A stretch of DNA of 64,000 nucleotides from Terracidiphilus sp. (GTDB lineage: Bacteria; Acidobacteriota; Terriglobia; Terriglobales; Acidobacteriaceae). This document shows positions 10,024 through 18,166 of the stretch, piece after piece. The stretch covers positions 122,474 through 186,473 of the forward strand of contig DASXDX010000034.1 of the NCBI GenBank assembly GCA_036490385.1, read 5' to 3'. The notes beneath the pieces were generated by a model that saw only the letters and a list, made by a program, of their open reading frames with translations, was not told the DNA's origin and made no database searches. The position numbers and the translations under genes were made by a program. Numbering within the stretch: the stretch's first letter is position 1; each line of letters starts with the position of its first letter.

Positions 10024-10401
10024 ATGCGGCGCAGTTTCTCCATTTTGCTGATCCTGTTCTTCGGTCTGGGGCCGCTCTCGGCCACGATCGAAGGCAGCGA
10101 TGATGCGGGCTTGCCGGCATGTTGCCGGCGCCACGGGGCGCATCACTGCGCGATATCGATGGAGATGGCGGCGGCGCAGGCGCAACCCGATTCCACGCCC
10201 GCAGTTTCTGCGCCTCTCACCTGCCCACACTATCCGGGAGCCGCGGCCGCCCTCACGGCTACAGTTTTCGCGCTGGTCTCCGCCACGGCTCATCTGCCCG
10301 CTCTTGCGCAGTCCGGCTACAGACCTGCCGCCACGCCCACAACGGCTCTCGCAACGCCTATCCGCACCCACGCCGGGCGCGGTCCTCCGCAACACTCCTG
10401 A
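10024..10401 (+). CDS. Small secreted Cys/His-rich protein (125 aa), putative metal-binding partner of the downstream receptor
   Basis: Signal peptide MRRSFSILLILFFGLGPLSA, then the motif LPACCRRHGAHHCAISMEM followed by an Ala/Pro/Thr-rich tail. It lies 220 nt upstream of, and co-oriented with, a TonB-dependent receptor. Confidence 0.45.
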   Translation: MRRSFSILLILFFGLGPLSATIEGSDDAGLPACCRRHGAHHCAISMEMAAAQAQPDSTPAVSAPLTCPHYPGAAAALTATVFALVSATAHLPALAQSGYRPAATPTTALATPIRTHAGRGPPQHS

Positions 10402-10624
10402 TCCGAAGCATCCCTGAAATTCCAGTTCCTTCAGCTAATCGGCAGTAGCGCTAGTCGGCAGTAGCGCGTGCTCTCTCGTATGAACGAGCACGGCGAGCAG
10501 GCGACCCGCTGCCGCGTTCTGTGATTGAGAGGAACGGGCTGTTTTCGGCGACTCCCTTCGCTGGCGGCGCTACACGCGCATGCCATCGCTTACATCGAGC
10601 GATCTAATCCCGAGGTCCTGCGTG

Positions 10625-12913
10625 ATGCGGCGTTCTTCTATTCTTTGTCTATGGATGCTCCTGTGTGCCTGTAGCCCAGGGTTTGCAACCGTCTTCGCCA
10701 CGGTGCACGGCATAGTGCACGATCCGCAGCACCGGCCCATCGGCGGGGCCGAGGTCACGCTGCACGCGGCCGATTCCGCATTTCAGCTCCACGCAACAAC
10801 AGATGCGGAGGGCGCATTCGAGCTGGCGCAAGCGCCGATCGGTGTCTACACGCTTACCATCGCCGCGCCTGGTTTTGAAACCGTGACGGAGACGCTGGCT
10901 GTCACATCCGGCACCAACCCGCTCCTGCATATTCCGTTAGAGCTGGGCGCGGCCAAGGAGTCGGTTGAGGTGCATGGAACGGCCAGCTCCGCCGATACCG
11001 TGACACCCACCACGCTGATCACCCGCCAGATGATCGACCAAACGCCGGGCGCGGACCGCACCACCGGCATGGAGATGATTACCGATTACGTGCCGGGCGC
11101 GTACATGACCCACGACATGCTGCACATGCGCGGCGGCCACCAGACCAGTTGGCTGATCGACGGCGTGGCCATTCCAAATACCAAGATCGCCTCGAACGTG
11201 GGGCCGCAGATCGATCCCAAAGACATCGACTCCCTGGAAACGCAGCGCGGAAGCTATGCGGCGGATTTGGGCGACCGCACCTACGGCATGTTCGATGTGC
11301 TGCCGCGCAATGGCTTCGAGTTCAACCGCGATGGCGAGCTGATGCTCTACGGGGGCGACCTTTATACCGGTGAGGCGCAACTCGCGTTCGGCGATCATTC
11401 CGAGAAGACCGCATGGTACACGAGCGTTACCGGCTCCCGCTCCAACTACGGCCTGGCGACGCCGGTTTCAACCATCTACCGTGACGCCACGAATTCGCAG
11501 AGCGTGTTTGCTTCGCTCATCCGCAACCAGACGCCCAGGGATCAGCTGCGCGTGGACGCGCAATATCGCCAGGACTACTTTCAGGTTCCCTACGACCCCA
11601 GCCAAACCGACTATGAATGCACCTCCGGCTACTACTGTTCCGCCGGGCTGCGCGACGGGCAGACCGAGCGTGATTCGTTTGTGATTGCCAACTGGGTTCA
11701 CACGCTCTCTGCGAAGGCGACGTTTTCCGTTGCGCCGTTTTATCACTTCAATCAGGCTGACTACGATTCGAAGGCAAATGATTTTCCGGTAGCCACCACC
11801 TGGCATCAGAACTCGAATTATGGGGGCGCGCAGGCCGACGCGCGCGTCGATCGGGGATGGAACAGCTTCTCCGGTGGGCTCTACGCGTTTTACCAGAAGG
11901 AGAACGATCTCTTCGGCGTACAGGCGAACGACAGCAGCGGATCCTATCCGAATACGCCAGCCAACGCCAATGCCGGGCTGGTCGAGTTCTATCTCTCCGA
12001 TCACCTGCGCCTGGGCCGGTACATCACCCTCCTCGGAGGAGAACGATTCTCCATCTATCGAGCTGAACCGGACGAGTCGGCAGTATATCCGCACCTCGGC
12101 GCCAGCATCGAGATTCCTCGCCTGCACTGGGTTCTGCGCGGTTTCTACGGCCACTTCTTCCAGCCCGCTCCGCTGCTCACCGTCTCCAGCTCGGTGTTGA
12201 ACTACGCGAGCAGTCTGCCGGGTGGAGAGAATGCCTTCTCGCCGCTGCCCTCCGAGCGGGACGAGGAACACCAGTTCGGCATCGAAATTCCCTACCGGGG
12301 ATGGATGCTCGATGTGGACACCTTCAAGAACCGCGTCAACAACTTTCTCGATCACTCGAACCTGGGTGAATCGAATATGTACTTCCCGATCGCCGTGGAC
12401 GGGGCTCTGATCCGTGCCTGGGAGATGACGCTGCGCTCGCCTGCCCTATGGCGTCTTGGAGCGTTCCATATGAGCTACTCGAATCAGATTGCCGAACAGC
12501 GCGGCAATATCATCGGCGGATTCACGTGCAGCATTCCTACCGATCCCGCGTGCGACCTGGGTCCTGACTACACGCCGCTCGATCATGACCAGCGCAACAC
12601 GTTGAATACCGGCTTCACCGCCAACCTGCCGGCGCACGTCTGGTTCGCCACGAACGTATATTACGGCTCCGGATTTTCGAACGGGCTGGCCGATTCAGGC
12701 GAAGGCCCCTATCAAGGCCAATACCTGCCGGTGCATACCACCTTCGATTCGTCCATTGGCCACGCCTTCGGAGAAAACTGGAGGGTTTCGGCCAATGCGA
12801 TCAATGTCACAAATCACCGCGTGCTGCTTGACAATTCCGTCACCATCGGAGGCTTCCACTGGAACGATCCGCGCATGATCTCGGCGGAGCTCCGGTATCG
12901 GTTTCATTTCTAG
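10625..12913 (+). CDS. TonB-dependent receptor with N-terminal carboxypeptidase-regulatory-like domain
   Basis: Signal peptide MRRSSILCLWMLLCACSPGFA. A beta-sandwich follows (VHGIVHDPQHRPIGGAEVTLHA...GVYTLTIAAPGFETVTETLAV), then a plug region (IDSLETQRGSYAADLGDRTYG) and a long barrel ending in RYRFHF with a terminal Phe. Confidence 0.8.
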   Translation: MRRSSILCLWMLLCACSPGFATVFATVHGIVHDPQHRPIGGAEVTLHAADSAFQLHATTDAEGAFELAQAPIGVYTLTIAAPGFETVTETLAVTSGTNPLLHIPLELGAAKESVEVHGTASSADTVTPTTLITRQMIDQTPGADRTTGMEMITDYVPGAYMTHDMLHMRGGHQTSWLIDGVAIPNTKIASNVGPQIDPKDIDSLETQRGSYAADLGDRTYGMFDVLPRNGFEFNRDGELMLYGGDLYTGEAQLAFGDHSEKTAWYTSVTGSRSNYGLATPVSTIYRDATNSQSVFASLIRNQTPRDQLRVDAQYRQDYFQVPYDPSQTDYECTSGYYCSAGLRDGQTERDSFVIANWVHTLSAKATFSVAPFYHFNQADYDSKANDFPVATTWHQNSNYGGAQADARVDRGWNSFSGGLYAFYQKENDLFGVQANDSSGSYPNTPANANAGLVEFYLSDHLRLGRYITLLGGERFSIYRAEPDESAVYPHLGASIEIPRLHWVLRGFYGHFFQPAPLLTVSSSVLNYASSLPGGENAFSPLPSERDEEHQFGIEIPYRGWMLDVDTFKNRVNNFLDHSNLGESNMYFPIAVDGALIRAWEMTLRSPALWRLGAFHMSYSNQIAEQRGNIIGGFTCSIPTDPACDLGPDYTPLDHDQRNTLNTGFTANLPAHVWFATNVYYGSGFSNGLADSGEGPYQGQYLPVHTTFDSSIGHAFGENWRVSANAINVTNHRVLLDNSVTIGGFHWNDPRMISAELRYRFHF

Positions 12914-12934
12914 AACTGATTGCATAAATCCGGC

Positions 12935-13030
12935 TTTGAAAGGGCTCGGCTTTAGCCGTGCCGTGAAAGCCGCAAGACATTGGGCTTTAGCCCCTGAGGG
13001 ACGTTCCGTGCTTGCCTCACGGCATTAATG
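12935..13030. repeat. Stem-loop intergenic repeat (REP-like), copy A
   Basis: tttgaaagggctcggctttagccgtgccgtgaaagccgcaagacattgggctttagcccctgagggacgt shares order and most bases with 48378-48460. It contains the hairpins ggctcggc/gccgtgcc and ccgtg-cttgcct-cacgg, and it lies after the receptor stop. Confidence 0.5.
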
Positions 13031-13347
13031 CGTGATTTGCAGATTATTTCCGCAGAATGGCTACGATGAATTCCAGTAAGAGAGATTCGAGAAATTCAGG
13101 AAGCGGAGGAAGAACATGCAGACAACGCCAAGAGCCCTGCGGCCGGCACAGAATGAGGTGCAACGCACCGCGCATGATCAGGATCTGATCGAGGTTCCGA
13201 TGCGGGCCACGCTGGATCGGGAGGCTGAAGGCCTTGAGCTTCCCTTGGTGAAGGAGCAAGCTCTCGGCGATGCCGCTTATTGAATCCGGCTTATCGCGGG
13301 GTATGTCTCCAAAACGCTCGAAGCTCGATGCAAGGCTCTTGCCCGGT

Positions 13348-14079
13348 TCACTTCTCGACCTGAAATAAATTCGGCAGCACTTCGCCGGCTTTGCCTTCCA
13401 CAACGTGCGTGAACGCTGAGGCATTGAGTGGAGCTTCAGGGCCGACGTACACCGTGCGTGCGCCCGCGTGGCGCGCCCGGTGAACAAAGTTGGCTGCTGG
13501 ATACACAGACCCCGATGTGCCCACGACCAGCATCAGCGTGGATTTCGCGATCTCGCGCTGGATGCGGTCCATTTCGAGGGGAATCTCGCCGAAGAAGACG
13601 ATGTGCGGACGCAGACGGCCTCCACAGGCGCAGCGGCCAACCTCGTTGAGGCTCGCGTAGACTGCGCGATCTTCCACGGGCAGCGCGCCGCACTCGCACT
13701 CGCAGCGCGATTTAGCCAGTTCGCCATGCATATGAATCAGGTGCACGGAACCGGCGCGCTCATGCAGGTCGTCCACATTTTGCGTGCACAGAAAGAACCG
13801 GCCGGGCAGTACCGCTTCGAGTTCTGCAAGCGCGAAATGCGCGGGATTGGGATTGGCTTTTTGCGCCGCTGCCCGCCGCGCGGAATAGAAGGCCCACACG
13901 CCGGCTGGATTGCCCTCCCAAGCCTCAGGCGTGCAGACATCCTCGATGCGATAGCCCTCCCACAGACCATCCGAAGCGCGAAACGTAGGCAGTCCGCTCT
14001 CCGCGCTGATGCCCGCGCCGGTGAGAACGAAGACACGATCTGTGGGAGCGATGGATATGAGTGGCATGGGTTTCTGCAC
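13348..14079 (-). CDS. cobB: NAD-dependent protein deacylase, Sir2 family (CobB type)
   Basis: GAGISAESGLPTFR, TQNVDDLHERAG, a Zn-ribbon of Cys pairs (SRCECECG ... RCACGG) and VVGTSGSVYPAA are present. The 243-aa length is typical of housekeeping CobB. Confidence 0.85.
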   Translation of the reverse strand: MQKPMPLISIAPTDRVFVLTGAGISAESGLPTFRASDGLWEGYRIEDVCTPEAWEGNPAGVWAFYSARRAAAQKANPNPAHFALAELEAVLPGRFFLCTQNVDDLHERAGSVHLIHMHGELAKSRCECECGALPVEDRAVYASLNEVGRCACGGRLRPHIVFFGEIPLEMDRIQREIAKSTLMLVVGTSGSVYPAANFVHRARHAGARTVYVGPEAPLNASAFTHVVEGKAGEVLPNLFQVEK

Positions 14080-14080
14080 G

Positions 14081-14192
14081 GCTGTCAGCTCTCAACTATC
14101 AGCTCTCAGTTTATTCCGAGACGGGACCACCGGATCCGGAGTTGAAACGCTGATCGCTGAGAGCTGACGGCTGATAGCTGAGAGCTGAGAGC
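14081..14192. repeat. Inverted arrays of a CTG-phased heptamer (potential long hairpin) between qor and cobB
   Basis: The right arm is ctgagag-ctgacgg-ctgatag-ctgagag-ctgagag (14157-14192). The left arm at 14081-14109 is its reverse complement; 14081-14102 pairs with 14171-14192 at 20 of 22 positions. Confidence 0.6.
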
Positions 14193-14197
14193 CGCTT

Positions 14198-15166
14198 TCA
14201 CGGCACCAGCAAAATCTTCCCCGTGGTCTTGCGGCCCTCCAGGTCAACCTGCGCCTGCGCGGCGCCGGCCAGTGGATAAATATACTCAGTGCGCAGTTTG
14301 AGCTCTCCCTTTGCGGCCCAGCCTAGAACGTCGCCCGCCCGCCATTCCAGTTCAGAGCGCGTGGCAATGTGGTGCCACAGTGTGGGCCTCGTCACGAACA
14401 GCGAGCCCTTGCCGCTGAGCTGGATGAGATCAAAGGGAGGAACAGGACCGCTGGATGCTCCGAAGAGCGCCAGCAGGCCGCGGGGACGAAGACAGTTCAA
14501 GCTCTTCTCGAAGGTCGTCTTGCCCACCGAATCGTAAACCACGTCCACGCCCTTGCCGCCCGTGAGCCGCTTGATCTCGGCTTCGAAGTCCTGCTCCGTG
14601 TAAAGAATCACTTCGCAGGCGCCGGCCTCGCGCGAGAGCTCGGCTTTGGCGGGCGTCGAAACCGTGGTGAACACGCGCGCGCCCAGCCGCACCGCGATCT
14701 GCGTAAGCAGCAGGCCCACGCCGCCGGCGCCGGCATGGACGAGCGCGGTATCGCCGGCTTTGAGCGGATAGGTCGAACAGGCAAGATAGTGCGCCGTCAT
14801 GCCCTGCAGCATCGCCGCGGCTGCCTGTTCCGGAGCCAGCGTGGCGGGAATCTTGACCAACTGTGCCGCGGGCACCAGAGCGTACTCGGCATAGCTGCCC
14901 AGCACGCTGGTGGATGCGACCGTTTCGCCGGCAGAAAATCCGGTGACGCCTGGGCCCAGTTCTTCCACGGTGCCCGCCGCCTCGCTGCCCGGCGTAAACG
15001 GCAGCGCCGCCTTGTACACGCCCTTGCGAAAATAAATTTCGATGAAGTTAACGCCGGTAGCCTCGACGCGGATCAGCAACTGTCCCGGTCCCGGTTGCGG
15101 AATGGGCAATTCGGCGAGCTGAAGAACCTCAGGGCCGCCCGTCTCCTGAATCTGAATCGCTTTCAT
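14198..15166 (-). CDS. qor: NADPH:quinone oxidoreductase (zeta-crystallin-like MDR family)
   Basis: MKAIQIQETGGPEVLQLAELPIPQPGPGQLLIRVEATGVNFIEIYFRKGVYK, then the Rossmann motif HAGAGGVGLLLTQIA. The protein is 322 aa. Confidence 0.85.
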   Translation of the reverse strand: MKAIQIQETGGPEVLQLAELPIPQPGPGQLLIRVEATGVNFIEIYFRKGVYKAALPFTPGSEAAGTVEELGPGVTGFSAGETVASTSVLGSYAEYALVPAAQLVKIPATLAPEQAAAAMLQGMTAHYLACSTYPLKAGDTALVHAGAGGVGLLLTQIAVRLGARVFTTVSTPAKAELSREAGACEVILYTEQDFEAEIKRLTGGKGVDVVYDSVGKTTFEKSLNCLRPRGLLALFGASSGPVPPFDLIQLSGKGSLFVTRPTLWHHIATRSELEWRAGDVLGWAAKGELKLRTEYIYPLAGAAQAQVDLEGRKTTGKILLVP

Positions 15167-15451
15167 GACAAGGTCAAGGATGAACCATCTTCAATATTGA
15201 AAGCAAGTAAGTTATTGTACTTTTCAAGTACGGCTCTAGCCCTGGATCAGCATAGTGACTGCACGCTGAGCACAAATTAGCGCAGAATTTTGAGCGCCCG
15301 TTCTGTCCCTTCTCACTCACTCTGTACTCCCGGGAAAAGTCCCAGCAGCTTACTCGCGATTGCCACGAATCCTTCTGCCCTTTGATCCCCTTAACCGTCT
15401 TCTTCACCGAATCGAAGTCATCTGCCCGCGTACGGACAACCAATTGGGATT

Positions 15452-15697
15452 TTGTGGGAAAATGAAAACATCCCAAGCCATTTCCCCACCCTGGAGTACC
15501 TCGGAGTGTCAGCAGCTAAACCCCTCTTCGTCCACCGCATCAACGCGGACGGAACGATCGATTCCTTTTGCCGCAAGTGCTTCATTACTGTCGCTTCGTC
15601 CCACTGGGAAGCAGAACTGGAACGTGCCGAGCACAAGCACGAGTGCGATAAATTACAGTTGGCCTATGTGCAGAGCGTTCTCAGTCCGTTGCAATAA
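15452..15697 (+). CDS. Hypothetical small Cys/His protein (start uncertain)
   Basis: This is the only protein-like frame in an AT-richer 760-bp gap: FVHRINADGTIDSFCRKCFITVASSHWEAELERAEHKHECD. The ORF as tracked starts at a TTG, an internal GTG is an alternative, and other frames overlap it. Confidence 0.3.
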   Translation: MWENENIPSHFPTLEYLGVSAAKPLFVHRINADGTIDSFCRKCFITVASSHWEAELERAEHKHECDKLQLAYVQSVLSPLQ

Positions 15698-15931
15698 AAA
15701 CCCGTAAATTACCGATCAGAACACACTGGTTAGTCTAATCGAAGCCGAATACTTCTTTGGCGTTAAGCCCCTTATTTTGCTCGATTTGAAAACGGACAAC
15801 CCTCAGGATACGGGGGCTGCAGGGGTCGATGGCAACGGGTCATGCAGTGAAGGATAAGAGGCTGGAAGACTGAAGCTCAGAGCCCGCCTGCCAGCAGGAA
15901 AAACCCCGAGCCCTACGTCCCTGGTTGCTGC

Positions 15932-16942
15932 TTAGAAGTTGCCGTCCTGCCGCTCGGACATCAGGTTCTGCTCGTCGGCCATCGCCAGGCGCACCAGGCG
16001 GTCGACGGCATACGACGCGGGATGCTGGCCGGTGTAGTGGTGGCGCACTTGCAACTCGCCCAGCAGGCCGATGGCGAGCAACTGGATACCCGCCAGAATC
16101 AGCACGGAACCGATCACAAACATCGGGCCATGATGATGCATCACGTCCATGTGCGGCTGGAAGATTTTCAAGCCGAGCAAAATGACCGCCATGCTGCTTC
16201 CGCCGAACATGCTGATTGCTCCGAGCCCGCCGAAGAAATGCAGCGGACGGCTCATGTAATTGAGCAGAAAACGAATGGTCAGCAGGTCAAAGAAGACGCG
16301 GAATGTGCGCCCGAGACCGTAATGGCTCTTGCCGCGCTCGCGGTTCACATTGTGAATGGGAATCTCGCAGATCGACGCCCCGTACCAGCTTGCCAGTGCG
16401 GGAATGAACCGGTGCATTTCGCCGTAGAGCGGTATGTTGTGGATCACTTCGCGGCGGTATGCCTTGAACGTCGTGCCGAAGTCGTGAATATCGACGCCCG
16501 AGAGTTTGGCCATCAGCCAGTTGGCGCAGCGCGAAGGAAATCTGCGGAAGACAAAGTTGTCAATGCGCTCTTTGCGCCAGCCGGAGACCACATCGTATCC
16601 CTCGTCGAGCTTCTCGAGAAACGCGGGAATATCGTTGGGATCGTGTTGCAGATCGCCATCCATCGCCAGGATAAACTCGCCCGAGGCGTGATCGAAGCCG
16701 GCGGCGAGCGCGGAGGTCTGGCCGAAGTTGCGGCGGAGCTTGACGACAAGCACGCGGCTGTCCACGGCGGCGATCTCTTCGAGAAGCTTGTACGTGCGGT
16801 CGCCCGATCCGTCATCGACCAGCACCAGCTCGAAGCTCTCCCCCACCTGCTCCATCACCTGCTTCAGGCGAGCATAGAGAACGGTTACGTTCTCTTCTTC
16901 GTTATGAAATGGCACAACAATCGAGTACTTAGCCATAAACAC
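15932..16942 (-). CDS. Family 2 glycosyltransferase, polyprenyl-phosphate sugar transferase type (DPM1/ArnC-like)
   Basis: IVVPFHNEEENV, VLVDDGSGDRT and the DXD-type motif MDGDLQHDP are present, with two C-terminal TM helices (ISMFGGSSMAVILLGL, VIGSVLILAGIQLLAIGLLGE). Confidence 0.8.
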   Translation of the reverse strand: MFMAKYSIVVPFHNEEENVTVLYARLKQVMEQVGESFELVLVDDGSGDRTYKLLEEIAAVDSRVLVVKLRRNFGQTSALAAGFDHASGEFILAMDGDLQHDPNDIPAFLEKLDEGYDVVSGWRKERIDNFVFRRFPSRCANWLMAKLSGVDIHDFGTTFKAYRREVIHNIPLYGEMHRFIPALASWYGASICEIPIHNVNRERGKSHYGLGRTFRVFFDLLTIRFLLNYMSRPLHFFGGLGAISMFGGSSMAVILLGLKIFQPHMDVMHHHGPMFVIGSVLILAGIQLLAIGLLGELQVRHHYTGQHPASYAVDRLVRLAMADEQNLMSERQDGNF

Positions 16943-17033
16943 TTAGACGCTCATGAGATGGCCAAAGACTACTATGAGATTCGTAAATTCTTCCTAAGGA
17001 TCGCCAGTGGCGCTACTGGAAGCACAGCTACGG

Positions 17034-17372
17034 CTAATCCCGCCGGCTGGGCGAGCGGTCGAGCTCATCCAGCATGGCCTGCATCTCGCTGAGCGCGTGA
17101 CTATTACCGCTGCGCGCGGCGCACCCGATTCCAGCCTTCAGGCGCTCGATTGCCTCGGCCGAACGGCCCGCAGCGGAGAGGGTTTGTGCACCCATGAAAT
17201 AGCCGGCCGTGTAATCCGGATCGTTGTTGAGCAGGACGTCGAATTCAGCCAAAGCCGCTGCCGTCTCGCCCCGGTTTACGAGCTCCATGGCAATGCCGTA
17301 GCGGGCAAAGCTGTTTCTGGGGTCCAGTGCGAGAATCTCTTTGAGTCCTGCGATCTTATCGGTGGTGCTCAT
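17034..17372 (-). CDS. Small TPR-repeat protein
   Basis: Taken from the ATG at 17372: MSTTDKIAGLKEILALDPRNSFARYGIAMELVNRGETAAALAEFDVLLNNDPDYTAGYF. This is a tandem TPR pattern. Confidence 0.6.
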   Translation of the reverse strand: MSTTDKIAGLKEILALDPRNSFARYGIAMELVNRGETAAALAEFDVLLNNDPDYTAGYFMGAQTLSAAGRSAEAIERLKAGIGCAARSGNSHALSEMQAMLDELDRSPSRRD

Positions 17373-17560
17373 AATCCGGTCCGTCCTGTTCCACGCGGGC
17401 CACAAGGGAAATTTGCGTATTTGGCGAGGATTGCCGAAACTAAACAGAATATCTGGCCTGGCTTGGGTAGCCGGTTCGCCTGCCGCCAATTCCATTGTAG
17501 CTGGAGTTCGGATAATTGCGCGCGCCGGGTCAGGAATACCGCGAACGGAGCCAAGGCAAG

Positions 17561-18097
17561 ATGAACGAACCGGAGAAGCAGCCGCTTGTGCGCACGGTGG
17601 CCAGCACGCAGTCGGAGATGACTGAGATCATCCTGCCCAACGATACCAATACGCTCGGCAACCTGCTGGGCGGGCGGCTAATGCACTTCATCGACCTCAA
17701 CGGCGCCATGGCGGCTTACCGGCACTCGCGCACTCATGTGGTCACCGCGGCGATGGATCACATTGATTTCATCCGGCCGGTGCACCTGGGGGACTTGCTC
17801 ACGCTCAAGTCGAGCGTGAACCGCGCCTTCACCAGTTCAATCGAAGTGGGCGTGAAGGTGTGGGCGGAAAATACGCGCACAGGCACCGTGGCGCATGTGG
17901 CCAGCGCCTACCTGGTCTTCGTGGCCATCGACGAGCATGGACGGCTCACGAAGGTGCCGGAGTTGAAGCCTGAGACACCGGACGAGATTCGCCGGTACGC
18001 GGATGCGATGCGCAGGCGCAGGCACCGCGAGGCGGAGCATGCGCGCCGCAAAGAGGTGAAGCTCGCGACCGCGGCGCTGGAAGAGGCCAACTCCTGA
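17561..18097 (+). CDS. Acyl-CoA thioesterase (hotdog fold, YciA/ACOT-like)
   Basis: EIILPNDTNTLGNLLGGRLMHFIDLNGAMAA ... VVTAAMDHIDFIRPVHLGDLL ... AYLVFVAID. This is the typical single hotdog thioesterase motif order. Confidence 0.8.
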   Translation: MNEPEKQPLVRTVASTQSEMTEIILPNDTNTLGNLLGGRLMHFIDLNGAMAAYRHSRTHVVTAAMDHIDFIRPVHLGDLLTLKSSVNRAFTSSIEVGVKVWAENTRTGTVAHVASAYLVFVAIDEHGRLTKVPELKPETPDEIRRYADAMRRRRHREAEHARRKEVKLATAALEEANS

Positions 18098-18166
18098 CAA
18101 GTCTGCTCCGGCCGCGCGTGGAAGAAACCGCCTGCGCGATGCACCGGAACGCCTGAATCTGAATCC

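Noticed and set aside
10402-10624. A possible cobalamin or other riboswitch ahead of the TonB-dependent receptor (also considered for 18098-18166, ahead of the BtuF-like gene).
   Set aside because: I found no B12 box and no other riboswitch core sequence I can recognise. The second spacer is only ~70 nt. Only a 13-bp direct repeat and a simple hairpin are present.
13348-14079. A Sir2-family gene as a possible defence-system SIR2 effector.
   Set aside because: It has the compact CobB layout: GAGISAESGIP-type motif, zinc-ribbon Cys pairs, 243 aa and no extra sensor domain. It sits among housekeeping genes far from the TIR islet, so it is an ordinary protein deacylase.
15174-15476. 100-aa minus-strand ORF immediately upstream of qor, considered as an intact gene.
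   Set aside because: It uses a TTG start and has no RBS that I can see. It overlaps other equally weak ORFs. It resembles an HxlR regulator only in fragments split over two frames. It is reported as a possible pseudogene remnant in the findings, not as a feature.
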